From Fibrobacterales bacterium (GTDB lineage Bacteria; Fibrobacterota; Fibrobacteria; Fibrobacterales; JAOPTW01), in the NCBI GenBank assembly GCA_051532055.1, contig JAOPTX010000035.1, forward strand, positions 1-55,276: a stretch of 55,276 bases of DNA. Direction: 5' to 3'. Positions 9,320 to 18,643 of the stretch are shown here, one piece after another. The translations under genes and the position numbers were made by a program. The notes beneath the pieces are model-generated. The model made no database searches and had not been told where the DNA came from. It worked only from the letters and a program-made list of their open reading frames with translations. The stretch's first letter is position 1; each line of letters begins with the position of its first letter.

Positions 9320-9360
9320 AGTTCAAATGTATAAAAAACAGAGAATCACAGGGGAAAATT

Positions 9361-9398
9361 GGGCCCTCTCACTCGATCAAAAGTGATCAAAAGGGCTC
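9361..9398 (-). terminator. Probable hairpin/terminator after usp
   Basis: Minus strand GAGCCCT-TTTGATCA-CTTT-TGATCGAG-TGAG-AGGGCCC followed by AATTTT. Confidence 0.4.
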
Positions 9399-9425
9399 AG
9401 TCTCTCTATCCTCTCCACCCTCTTT

Positions 9426-9836
9426 TTACTCTTTAGGTAATACCAGTATTGGTAAGTTTACTGCATCGATAATTTTTTCATCAGCAGTGTCAAAAAAGAG
9501 TGAATAGAGTGCGCTATGATGAGTGTGCCCTGTTATGATGAGGTCAACAGGATGTTTGCTGACATAGTCTTGAACAGCAGAACCAACTTCTCCTATTGCT
9601 ATGGCATAGGTAATATTCAGTTGATCGAGGTCAAGGGAGTCAACATTGTGGGCAACAGCTCTTTTTACATCGGCCTCTTTTTCTAAAGGGGAGCGATATC
9701 CTGCTTGTGGATTGTTCACAAATAGAATGTGGAGAGCTGCATCGTAGCGCATGGCATGGTTGATTGCCTCATTAATCATTTTTTTGTTGGGAGCGTCAAG
9801 ATTGATTGGATAGAGTATGGTGTTGTAGTGGTTCAT
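9426..9836 (-). CDS. Universal stress protein (UspA family)
   Basis: YNTILYPI, LHILFV, DLIITGH, LPILVLP. ATG at 9836 has a GAGG SD. Confidence 0.88.
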   Translation of the reverse strand: MNHYNTILYPINLDAPNKKMINEAINHAMRYDAALHILFVNNPQAGYRSPLEKEADVKRAVAHNVDSLDLDQLNITYAIAIGEVGSAVQDYVSKHPVDLIITGHTHHSALYSLFFDTADEKIIDAVNLPILVLPKE

Positions 9837-9995
9837 GGGGGGCCTCACGACAAATATCTCTAGTATTATCATACTAATTTTATCTGATAAGTACCGCTAT
9901 TAACCCGCTCTCTGGCACTATTTTATGGGTTGATTTATTTGATTTAACTACTTTACCGTGATATCATTTGAGTTATTTTACTGAAAAGAGGATCT

Positions 9996-11498
9996 ATGAG
10001 TAATTATGATGCGCTATTGACATATACTAAAGAGGTAAGTTCGGTCTCAGCGGCAATGAACGTATTGGGTTGGGATATGGAAACCTATATGCCAAAAGAG
10101 TCAGGCGAAGCGCGGGCCGAGACACTCGGAGTGCTTTCTAAGATATTACATGAAAAAATGGTAGATGAGCGCTATGGTGACTTGATAGAAGCTGCTGCTT
10201 CAGATAGCGAACTTAATGCTTCACAGTGTGCACAGATTGAAGAGATAAGAAGAGATCGAGATAGGATGGTTAAGTTACCCGAGGAACTGGTCGTTGAAAA
10301 ATCAAAGGTCACCTCGATGGCACAACAGGAGTGGTCAAAAGCACGTAATCAAGGGACTCCTGGCGATTTTTTGCCGTGGCTCGATAAAGTGGTGTCTATT
10401 GCTCAGCAGGAGGCAGAGTGCCTTAAGGTTGAAGGGATGACTCCTTATGATGCATTGCTTGATGAGTATGAACCTGGAGCAAATTCGGCCTCCATTGATG
10501 CACTTTTTGGGACTCTTAAAAGTGAATTAGTTCCTCTAATTGCAGCGATCGCCAATGCGGGACAGCCAACTGAGAAATTTTTGGAAGGACGCTCTTTTGA
10601 TATAGCGACACAGAAAAAAGTTAACAATACCCTCCTTGACCTTATTGGTTTTAATACAAACCGTGGACGAATCGATGAATCTGAACACCCATTTACTACA
10701 AATTTTCATCCAACAGATGTACGGCTGACTACGCGGTATGATACTCACAACTTAATTGATTCAGTATTTTCAACCCTTCATGAAGGAGGGCATGGATTGT
10801 ATGAACAAGGACTTTCTATTGAAATGGCGGGCACGCCACTTGCAGAAGCGGTATCACTCGGGGTGCATGAGAGTCAATCAAGGTTTTGGGAGAACTGTAT
10901 TGGGCGTTCTGAAATATTTTGGAATAGAAATTATGGTATGTTACAGCAATCATTTGGGGATACCTTAAAAGATATAGATTGCCGTCAGTTTTATACTCTG
11001 GTTAATCGAGTGGCACCTTCATTTATTCGAGTTGATGCAGATGAGATCACCTATAATATGCACATTATACTGAGGTATGAAGTTGAGAAAGCACTCTTTA
11101 ATGGTGAAATAACTTCTCGAGAAATTGAAGGGATGTGGAATAGTAAGATGAAAGATTATTTGGGGATTGTGCCAGAGTCCCCTCTTACGGGATTTATGCA
11201 GGACGTCCATTGGAGTGCTGGACTCTTTGGGTATTTTCCTACTTACACTCTTGGTAATATGAATGCTGCCCAAATATTTGAAGCCATTAAACGAGAAGTT
11301 CCTGATTTCGATGCAAAAATGAATGCAGGGTCTTATGGCTTTTTGAATGAGTGGTTACAAAAATCTATTTGGAATTGGGGCCGAGAACTCAGCCCTTCTG
11401 AGCTCATTAAACAAGCAACGGGTGAAGTGTTAAATCCACAATATTTTACGGATTATTTAAAAGATAAATATTGTGATATTTATGGGATTACTTTGTAA
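9996..11498 (+). CDS. Carboxypeptidase, M32 (Taq) family
   Basis: HPF, DVRLTTRY, HEGGH, HESQSR, IRVDADE, QDVHW, GYFPTY motifs; GAGGA SD. Confidence 0.95.
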   Translation: MSNYDALLTYTKEVSSVSAAMNVLGWDMETYMPKESGEARAETLGVLSKILHEKMVDERYGDLIEAAASDSELNASQCAQIEEIRRDRDRMVKLPEELVVEKSKVTSMAQQEWSKARNQGTPGDFLPWLDKVVSIAQQEAECLKVEGMTPYDALLDEYEPGANSASIDALFGTLKSELVPLIAAIANAGQPTEKFLEGRSFDIATQKKVNNTLLDLIGFNTNRGRIDESEHPFTTNFHPTDVRLTTRYDTHNLIDSVFSTLHEGGHGLYEQGLSIEMAGTPLAEAVSLGVHESQSRFWENCIGRSEIFWNRNYGMLQQSFGDTLKDIDCRQFYTLVNRVAPSFIRVDADEITYNMHIILRYEVEKALFNGEITSREIEGMWNSKMKDYLGIVPESPLTGFMQDVHWSAGLFGYFPTYTLGNMNAAQIFEAIKREVPDFDAKMNAGSYGFLNEWLQKSIWNWGRELSPSELIKQATGEVLNPQYFTDYLKDKYCDIYGITL

Positions 11499-11518
11499 AA
11501 TAATTTTGAGGAGTGGAC

Positions 11519-12622
11519 TTAAATATCGTTGAGCTTTGAGAGAAGCTCACTTCTCCATCCTGTAAGAATTCGGTGATCGGCCATTTTAGGGCGATTACCG
11601 GAGCAGTAGTATTTTTTAATATCAACTTTTGAGCCAATGAGGCCAGGATCTATTTCATGTGATTTGCATTCTTTTTCTATAAAAGTAAATGTTTCATCGA
11701 CACGGGTATAAAGAAACTCAGGTGAATCTTCCTCAATTTTTTGCGGATATTTTGAACGCTCTAAATTGAACCCTTTATTGATTGCTCTCAAAATGTCTTC
11801 AGTCTTGTCATGCATTTTTTTGTAGGGAAACCCTTGGGTGTATTTGAGGGCTTCATCCGTAAGGGGGGCTTGATGTACAAGGGTCATCAGCTGCGAATCG
11901 CTCATCACTCGTTTCCGAGGGCGGTTTGCTTCAAATGCTTCAATTTCTCTCCATGCTGCAAGTTCGCGTAGGAGTGCAAGTTTCTTAGGGGGAAGTTTTT
12001 TGGCCCCCTTCACTTTAATGTATTGATTACGCGCTGTTTTCTCTTGGTAATGAATGTTGCGATCATAATCGAGCATCTCTTCTTTGAGCCAGTTACTTAC
12101 TGGAGTACCGCTAATTTTACTCTCGATAATATCTTTAACTTTTCCGAGATAGAGTACATCATCTGCAGCATACTTTTTTTGATTATCACTGAGAGGGCGT
12201 CGAATCCAGTTGGTACGCGTTTCAGTTTTAGGGAGGGTTATATTCAGGAGCTCTTTAAGGAGCTTGGCAAGAGATATGGTACAAGGGAGCCCAATAAAAC
12301 CAGCGGCTTTTCGGGTGTCAAAAATGTTATTAGGAAAGGTGTCAGTGTATTGTCGTATGATTGTGAGATCTTGTACCGCGTCGTGGAGTACTTTGGTGGT
12401 CGAATGATCCTCCATCAGTTTTCCAAGGGGAGTGAGGTCTTCAATTTTTACGCCATCGATAAGGTATGAATTACCATCAGGGAGCCCGAGCTGAATAAGT
12501 CCTAAAATGGGGAAATAGGTTGTTTCCCACAAAAACTCTGTATCAATTGCTACCGTATCATAGGTAATTGCCACATCTACAATCTGTGTGAGCTGCTCTT
12601 TTGTCTCTATCAAATGAATCAT
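11519..12622 (-). CDS. rnd: Ribonuclease D (DEDDy exonuclease plus HRDC domain)
   Basis: IDTEF, LGLIQ, FDT, W..RPLS, YAADDV, LAAWRE..A. ATG at 12622 preferred over TTG at 12631. Confidence 0.92.
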   Translation of the reverse strand: MIHLIETKEQLTQIVDVAITYDTVAIDTEFLWETTYFPILGLIQLGLPDGNSYLIDGVKIEDLTPLGKLMEDHSTTKVLHDAVQDLTIIRQYTDTFPNNIFDTRKAAGFIGLPCTISLAKLLKELLNITLPKTETRTNWIRRPLSDNQKKYAADDVLYLGKVKDIIESKISGTPVSNWLKEEMLDYDRNIHYQEKTARNQYIKVKGAKKLPPKKLALLRELAAWREIEAFEANRPRKRVMSDSQLMTLVHQAPLTDEALKYTQGFPYKKMHDKTEDILRAINKGFNLERSKYPQKIEEDSPEFLYTRVDETFTFIEKECKSHEIDPGLIGSKVDIKKYYCSGNRPKMADHRILTGWRSELLSKLNDI

Positions 12623-12715
12623 AAGAGCCAATGTATAATTATTCTATCTGTTTGGGGTAATTAAAAACAACTATGAGTTCATTGCAGAGATGACTGTATC
12701 TATAAGATTAGGGCC

Positions 12716-13099
12716 CTATTTTTTAACTATTCTATAGACTTTATTGTTTTTGCGTGCGATATAGATACCTGGGTTGAGGCGTGCTAAAGAGCTTTGGGAC
12801 ACGGTGTGTGAGCGTCCATCAAGAGAAGTTATATCGAGAGTTTCTCCATTTTTGAGTTTTCTCGCAAATTGAACCTCACTGATACTGATTACTTTATTTG
12901 TTACTCGAGGTTTATTTGATTTGATGGCTGATGTTTTTTTTGTAATGATTTCACTGGTATTAACCGTGATTTTCTGTTCACTCACTGTAGAGTCGAGAAC
13001 TGTATTGTTCATCTCTACAGAACTGTTACCGCTATTAAAGGTAGAAATGAGTATCACCCCACCGGTAACCATGGCCATTGTCGCTATAAATCCCTTCAT
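12716..13099 (-). CDS. Small secreted/anchored basic protein with T9SS-CTD-like C-terminus (paralog 1)
   Basis: N-terminal hydrophobic segment; C-terminus SLDGR...LNPGIYI...VYRIVKK. Confidence 0.75.
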   Translation of the reverse strand: MKGFIATMAMVTGGVILISTFNSGNSSVEMNNTVLDSTVSEQKITVNTSEIITKKTSAIKSNKPRVTNKVISISEVQFARKLKNGETLDITSLDGRSHTVSQSSLARLNPGIYIARKNNKVYRIVKK

Positions 13100-13201
13100 C
13101 TTGATTTAAATATAACATAAGATGGCTCTAAAAGCTCACTCTAATAAGGGCATACTGCAATTTAATAGAGTAAATAAAGGGTGTTTTGGTATATTTAGCA
13201 T

Positions 13202-14101
13202 ATGACTGATGGTCCACTTATAGAGCGGGTAACTACCTATTTAGAGTATGTAGCCCACAATCGAAATTTCTCCCCCCATACGGTACTAGCGTATGAAAGG
13301 GTGCTTTCTGGATTTATAGAATTTACTGGAAAGGGAACGGTGGTATCTGAATTTACATTCTCTCATTTACAGCAGTATCTCTACTTTCTGGTGTCTGAGC
13401 GAAAAGTAGCTCCAGCGACATCAGCGCAATCGATTGCTTGTTTTAAAAGTTTTGGGAATTATCTCATTCGGCATAAACAGATCATGGTTAATGAGGCGAC
13501 TCGTCTCGTGACCCCCAAAAAACCGCAGACCTTAGTCTCATTTATTTCTCAAAAAGTGATGAGTGTTACTGATACGGTCACTTCAGAGGTTCCTGAGATT
13601 CAGGAAAGGAGAGCATTGCTGCTCGAATTATTTTATGGCTCAGGATTGCGACTTGCAGAAGTCCATGATTTGAAATGGGGAGACATTACCTACAAAGCAA
13701 GAACAGTAACTGTTGTGGGCAAAGGCAATAAAATGCGGGTAGTGCCCCTTACTCCATCGGCTATTGAATCTCTTCATAAGTATCGTGAACTGCAAAAAGG
13801 GCGTGGGGTTCCCGCCGGCTTTAAAGAGTATCTTTTTTTATCTTCGACTGATATGCGCTATAGCAGGCGCACTCTTCAGAGGGATATGGAAACACAGCTT
13901 AAAGCACTTGGCTGGGACGGGAAGGCATCTCCTCATGTACTACGCCATTCCTTCGCGACTCATCTTTTAGAGAATGGAGCTGATCTTATGGCTGTTAAAG
14001 ATATGTTAGGTCATGCGTCACTCTCTACAACGCAAGTGTATACGCATGTTAATACAAAACGATTGAAAGAGTCCTATGCTCAAGCACACCCGAGGGCGTA
14101 A
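13202..14101 (+). CDS. xerC: Tyrosine recombinase XerC/XerD family
   Basis: FYGSGLRLAE, GKGNK, HVLRHSFATHLLENGADL, LGHASLSTTQVYTH, AHPRA C-terminus. Confidence 0.9.
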   Translation: MTDGPLIERVTTYLEYVAHNRNFSPHTVLAYERVLSGFIEFTGKGTVVSEFTFSHLQQYLYFLVSERKVAPATSAQSIACFKSFGNYLIRHKQIMVNEATRLVTPKKPQTLVSFISQKVMSVTDTVTSEVPEIQERRALLLELFYGSGLRLAEVHDLKWGDITYKARTVTVVGKGNKMRVVPLTPSAIESLHKYRELQKGRGVPAGFKEYLFLSSTDMRYSRRTLQRDMETQLKALGWDGKASPHVLRHSFATHLLENGADLMAVKDMLGHASLSTTQVYTHVNTKRLKESYAQAHPRA

Positions 14102-14811
14102 TGGCACTGTATGCAATTTCTGATCTTCATCTCTCCTTTGGTGTGCCAGATAAAAAAATGGATATCTTTGGAGAAGTATGGAATGATCACCCACAAAAAA
14201 TAATGGAACAGTGGTTTGAGGTAGTGGGATACGATGATATTGTTATTGTAGCTGGGGATATATCCTGGGCGAGTACGATAGATCAGGCTCTTCCCGATTT
14301 GGACTGGTTAGATCAATTGCCAGGAACAAAAATTATAATAAAAGGGAATCATGATTACTGGTGGAGTTCTTATAAAAAGGTGTGTGCCGCACTGCCTGAT
14401 TCTATAATACCATTGCAGTCTTCACCCATAATTATAGATAGGTATCTCTTTATGGGTAGTCGTATGTGGGATAGAGCTCTTGATATTAAGCAAGGAGGAG
14501 ACCTTGTTGAAGGCTCGGGAGACAAACTGTTCCAAAAAGAGTTGCATCGATTAGAGACTCAGTTGTTGAGCCTCCCTAAGGAGCATCGGGAGTATACACA
14601 GGTTGGTATCACTCATTTTCCACCAGGTGTTCCTTCAACAGAGGGGAGTGAAGTACTATCTCTTTTACATGGTGCGGGAGCTGAGCATGTGGTTTTTGGG
14701 CATCTTCATGGAGAGACCCATTATGAGGGTGTTGAAGTGGCATATAATGGTATGCAGTCTCACTTGACATCGTGTGACTATCTTGGGTTTAGGCCTAAAA
14801 AAATTGATTGA
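14101..14811 (+). CDS. Calcineurin-like metallophosphoesterase (COG1768-like)
   Basis: ISDLHL, AGDISW, KGNHDYWW, THFPP, FGHLH. TAATG overlap with xerC. Confidence 0.9.
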   Translation: MALYAISDLHLSFGVPDKKMDIFGEVWNDHPQKIMEQWFEVVGYDDIVIVAGDISWASTIDQALPDLDWLDQLPGTKIIIKGNHDYWWSSYKKVCAALPDSIIPLQSSPIIIDRYLFMGSRMWDRALDIKQGGDLVEGSGDKLFQKELHRLETQLLSLPKEHREYTQVGITHFPPGVPSTEGSEVLSLLHGAGAEHVVFGHLHGETHYEGVEVAYNGMQSHLTSCDYLGFRPKKID

Positions 14812-14852
14812 AATAGGGTCGTGCACTCCTTACCCGTTGGGTAAAGGTCAGA

Positions 14853-15239
14853 TTATCTTTTCTTAACATTCTGGATTTTGTAATATCGATTTTTGTATTT
14901 AGTCACGTAGGTCCCTGGGGCAATTTTCTTCAAATCTTTTGCTGATACGGTGAAGTTTTTTCTGTTTTTTAAATCTTTCAAATCAAGGGTTTCACTCGAT
15001 GCAAGCTTCTTTGCCATACGTTCTGGTGTTGTTTTACGGACCTTAGTAGATACCAAGTTGTTAGTAGAGGGGGTGTAGTCTTTTTTCTCTTTCTTTTGTT
15101 TGAAATGTGATGAGAGAGAGTTGAGGACCTCGTGTTTAGAAGGGGTATTTTTGGCAGAGGTATTTGGGGGTGATCGAAGTGTTGCCACAAGTCCAATAGT
15201 GATTGTTACCATTGCCATACTTCCAATAAATTTTTTCAT
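14853..15239 (-). CDS. Small secreted/anchored basic protein with T9SS-CTD-like C-terminus (paralog 2)
   Basis: MKKFIGSMAMVT matches MKGFIATMAMVT of 12716-13099; C-terminus ETLD...TVS...L..IAPGTYV...YYKI. ATG at 15239 follows GGTGGGA. Confidence 0.72.
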   Translation of the reverse strand: MKKFIGSMAMVTITIGLVATLRSPPNTSAKNTPSKHEVLNSLSSHFKQKKEKKDYTPSTNNLVSTKVRKTTPERMAKKLASSETLDLKDLKNRKNFTVSAKDLKKIAPGTYVTKYKNRYYKIQNVKKR

Positions 15240-15576
15240 ATTCCCACCATGTGCCCAAAGTACTCTATTTAATATACTTACATAATCAATTAGTATACTA
15301 TGAGTATACCACATTTATGAACTTTTAACAAGTTACTCTTTAATGTACTATCGGTACTATCAAAGACAAAATTGAGTTATTATGGCTGTCAGAAAAAATA
15401 TATGCATTTAAATCGTTTTAATATATGTTTATAAGGGACAAATCTTGAGGAATTCTTTAAAATATTGTTTTTGATTGATCGTCATTTATCCATATTTTCT
15501 GATAAATGAGATAGAATTGAGTTTTTAGAGCTGACCTTTAATACAATTTATAAGAACTATATATAGAAGGAGCATT

Positions 15577-16245
15577 ATGAAAAGTACCTTTTTCTTATTT
15601 GGATTTATTTTGATAGTAGTTGGGGTTACCGGATGTGCAAACGCACCATGGGAGAAAGCCCAAAAAAAGAATAGCATTAAACAATATGAACTTTTTATTG
15701 CCCAAAATCCTGACAATGGCAAAGTGGCTGAGGCCAAAGTACTTCTTGATTCAATGAGCTATTTTGAGGCGGGATCAATTGGGAGTCTTGAGTCATATGA
15801 GGGGTATCTTGCCCAATTTCCGGAAGGTAATTATGAGAAAGATGCACGGGATGATATTGAGACTTTGGTCTATGAGAATGCGGCTCGAGAAAGAACTATT
15901 GTGATATATAAGGATTATTTGAGTAAGTATCCAATGGGTGCATATATTGACTATGTGAAATCGGATATTGAAGGACTCATATTTGATGAGGCTCTTGATA
16001 GTAAAAATCAAGAGAAATTAGAAGCGTATATGTCTCAATACCCTGATGGTGATTTTATAGGTCAAGCAGCAGTAGCACTCATTGAATTAGGGGTTAATCC
16101 TGTTGCTCTTCCTGCAGCAAAAAATCTTGCTGAAGAAGAAACTACTGAAGTGGAGAATAGTGCTGCGGTGAAAACAGTTGTTGTTCCGAGTGCACTCGAT
16201 ATTACGCCGGTAGATAGTACTGTTCCTAAGGCAGTAGGGCAGTAG
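15577..16245 (+). CDS. Lipoprotein with four helical Y..YL..YP.G repeats
   Basis: Lipobox VTGC; AAGGAG SD; ~31-aa repeats (YEGYLAQFPEGNY, YKDYLSKYPMGAY, etc.). Confidence 0.85.
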   Translation: MKSTFFLFGFILIVVGVTGCANAPWEKAQKKNSIKQYELFIAQNPDNGKVAEAKVLLDSMSYFEAGSIGSLESYEGYLAQFPEGNYEKDARDDIETLVYENAARERTIVIYKDYLSKYPMGAYIDYVKSDIEGLIFDEALDSKNQEKLEAYMSQYPDGDFIGQAAVALIELGVNPVALPAAKNLAEEETTEVENSAAVKTVVVPSALDITPVDSTVPKAVGQ

Positions 16246-16248
16246 CTA

Positions 16249-16701
16249 TTGAAATTATCACTTGAGCATCGCGAAATAAATCGATATTATTTTTTCTCTT
16301 GGGGCCTATTGATATTAATGGGCCTTTCTTCATTTGCTTTTGGACTTTTTGTGTATAGAGGGTTATTCTATGATGAATTTTCTCTCTTCAAAATACTGCT
16401 CCTTGCATTTATTCCATATGGCCTTTATTCTATTTTGAGATCTTTTCGCCGAATGGCTTATTGCTACACTTTTTCTAAAGATTCAATTGCTGTAGAGTTT
16501 CCCTTTAGAAAAAAAGTATTCCTACCAATCTCAGAAATAGAAGGGGTTGACGTAACCTTTTTTACTACAAAAATTGAAGTAATTTTGTTAGACCCTCAAG
16601 GGACTCCCCTTGCGGTATTAACAAAGAGTCGTCGTTTCTTTCAAGATGTTGGTGTCGTACGTAAACTTGCCAACCTCTCGGGGATTCGTTCGGTAAAGTA
16701 G
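16249..16701 (+). CDS. Hypothetical membrane protein (2 TM plus small beta domain)
   Basis: Two hydrophobic segments; begins 3 nt after the lipoprotein stop. Confidence 0.65.
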   Translation: MKLSLEHREINRYYFFSWGLLILMGLSSFAFGLFVYRGLFYDEFSLFKILLLAFIPYGLYSILRSFRRMAYCYTFSKDSIAVEFPFRKKVFLPISEIEGVDVTFFTTKIEVILLDPQGTPLAVLTKSRRFFQDVGVVRKLANLSGIRSVK

Positions 16702-16714
16702 CAGTTTTCCTCGA

Positions 16715-16759
16715 TAAACAAAGAGGATGTCTCACTTTGTGAAACGCCCTCTTTGTTTA
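16715..16759. terminator. Bidirectional hairpin terminator between convergent genes
   Basis: TAAACAAAGAGG...CCTCTTTGTTTA perfect 12-bp arms plus an inner stem. Confidence 0.75.
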
Positions 16760-16783
16760 CTATCGAATATTTGATAGTGCAGT

Positions 16784-18478
16784 TTATACTTGAGTTATAT
16801 ACTCATCAATTTTGGTCATGATATCGGCTTCGGCAATCATCTCTTTGTCTTCGGTGGACCGAATCTTCCACTCATAGGCCCCCTCTTGAAGTGCTTTACC
16901 ACCGATGGTAATACGGAGGGGTATTCCCCAGAGGTCAGCATCTTTAAATTTTACCCCAGGGCGTTCTTTACGGTCATCCCAGAGTACATCGATGCCTTTT
17001 TTAGTAAGAGATTTGTAGAGTGCGAGTGACTTTTCGAAACCCTCTTCCTCTTTACCAATGGTAGAGATTAGGATTGAATAAGGTGCAATCGCGGCAGGCC
17101 ACTTGAGACCCCATTTGTCGTGATATGTCTCGGCAACACTCGCCATGAGGCGACCAACACCAATTCCATAGCAACCCATAACTACAGGGCGTTTCTTACC
17201 AGATTCGTCGAGAAAGGTTGCACCCATTGCATTAGAAAATTTTGTACCAAGCTTAAATATATTACCAATCTCTATGCCGCGGGTTGCTCTGAGTGAAGCG
17301 CCGCATGAGCGGCAAGCGCAGCCAGAATCAGCTTGAGCAATATCAGTTTTCTTATCAACGTGATAGTCACGACCAATGTTTGAGTTGAGGTAGTGATACC
17401 CTTCTTCATTTGCACCAGTGACGAGGTTAGTGTTCTCAATAACTGACCAATCGGCAATAATGAAAGTATTCTTGGCACCAATAGGGGATGCATAGCCTGG
17501 TTCCATACCACAGGTGCGAATGAGCTCATCTGACGCAGGGTGAATTTCTGAAAGTTTTAAAATGTTTTTAACTTTCGTTTCACTTACTTCTAAGTTGCCT
17601 TGAATAAGTACGGTGTAGAGAGAGCCTTCTGATTCATAATAGACAGCTTTAAGTGTCTGTTCAGGGGTTACCTTTAATAAGGAAGCAATCTCATTAATTG
17701 TTTTAGTATCTGGAGTTGCAACCTTTTCAAGTTCTAAGAAATCACCTTTAGCGGTTGATCGTGCGAATTCTGCGATCTCAGCATTGGCTTGATACCCACA
17801 TGCGTCACAGAGAATGAGATAGTCTTCCCCGTTAGGTGTCTCGAGCATAAATTCATGTGCTTGTTTACCACCCATAATACCGGTGTCAGATTCAACAATT
17901 ACTGGATCAATTCCTACACGATTAAAAATGCGGGTATAGGCATCGAGTGCACCAGTATAGTAGGTGTCGAGATCTTCAGTAGAAGAGTGAAAACTATAGC
18001 CATCCTTCATGATGAATTCTTTAACTCGTATAAGGCCTGCCCGGGGACGTGCCTCATCGCGAAATTTTGTTTTAAATTGCCAAAGCATAAAGGGAAGTTG
18101 CTTGTATGAACTGAGTACATGACGAGCGAGGTCAGTGATGGCCTCTTCATGGGTCATAGCGAGTACCATATCGTGTTTCGTTCTATCTTGAAAGCGGAGC
18201 AATTCATTTCCGATGCTATCATACCGATCAGCCTCGAGCCAGAGTTCTTTGGGGTGAACAACGGGAAGGTCTACCTCTTGGCCGTCAATAGCAGTCATCT
18301 CTTCACGTATGATTGCTTCAATTTTCCTGAGAACTTTGAGTCCCATGGGGAGAATAGAATATATCCCTGTTGAAAGCTGTTTAATATAGCCTCCACGAAG
18401 TAAATAGATGTGGCTAGGGATCACTGCATCACTAGGAGTCTCTCTGAGGGTGGTATAAAATAATTTTGATACTAACAT
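16784..18478 (-). CDS. proS: Proline--tRNA ligase (with INS editing domain)
   Basis: THEE, KFRDEARPRAGLIRVKEFIMKDGYSF, GIEIGNIFKLGTKFS, MGCYGIG, GVKFKDADL. Confidence 0.98.
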   Translation of the reverse strand: MLVSKLFYTTLRETPSDAVIPSHIYLLRGGYIKQLSTGIYSILPMGLKVLRKIEAIIREEMTAIDGQEVDLPVVHPKELWLEADRYDSIGNELLRFQDRTKHDMVLAMTHEEAITDLARHVLSSYKQLPFMLWQFKTKFRDEARPRAGLIRVKEFIMKDGYSFHSSTEDLDTYYTGALDAYTRIFNRVGIDPVIVESDTGIMGGKQAHEFMLETPNGEDYLILCDACGYQANAEIAEFARSTAKGDFLELEKVATPDTKTINEIASLLKVTPEQTLKAVYYESEGSLYTVLIQGNLEVSETKVKNILKLSEIHPASDELIRTCGMEPGYASPIGAKNTFIIADWSVIENTNLVTGANEEGYHYLNSNIGRDYHVDKKTDIAQADSGCACRSCGASLRATRGIEIGNIFKLGTKFSNAMGATFLDESGKKRPVVMGCYGIGVGRLMASVAETYHDKWGLKWPAAIAPYSILISTIGKEEEGFEKSLALYKSLTKKGIDVLWDDRKERPGVKFKDADLWGIPLRITIGGKALQEGAYEWKIRSTEDKEMIAEADIMTKIDEYITQV

Positions 18479-18566
18479 ACGATCTCGTTTACTTGTGTAA
18501 AAAACAGCTAATTTTTAATTTTGTACGTAGCGAGAAAGATAATTAATTTATCTTTTCAATAACATG

Positions 18567-18643
18567 GAATCGGGCTGTTTTAGCCAAATAGTCCGGATAT
18601 GGAGAGATTCTTGCAAGGGTCTCTCAGTCGATTCAGGAATCTT
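18567..18643 (+). promoter_or_regulatory. Structured 5' UTR, candidate cis-regulatory RNA
   Basis: Three complementary stems plus an alternative anti-SD helix, downstream of a TATCTT -10 box (18549-18554). Confidence 0.45.

Noticed and set aside
13100..15300. xerC cassette as an invertible or integrative element between the two paralogs
   Set aside because: Only a 12-bp, one-mismatch, AT-rich inverted match was found (13161-13172 vs 15261-15272). No att or dif sites are visible, and the recombinase looks like housekeeping XerC.
15348..15375. Possible second sigma-28 promoter (TCAA-N16-ACCGATAG, minus strand) for paralog 2
   Set aside because: The spacer is one base too long and the -10 has two mismatches; too weak to call.
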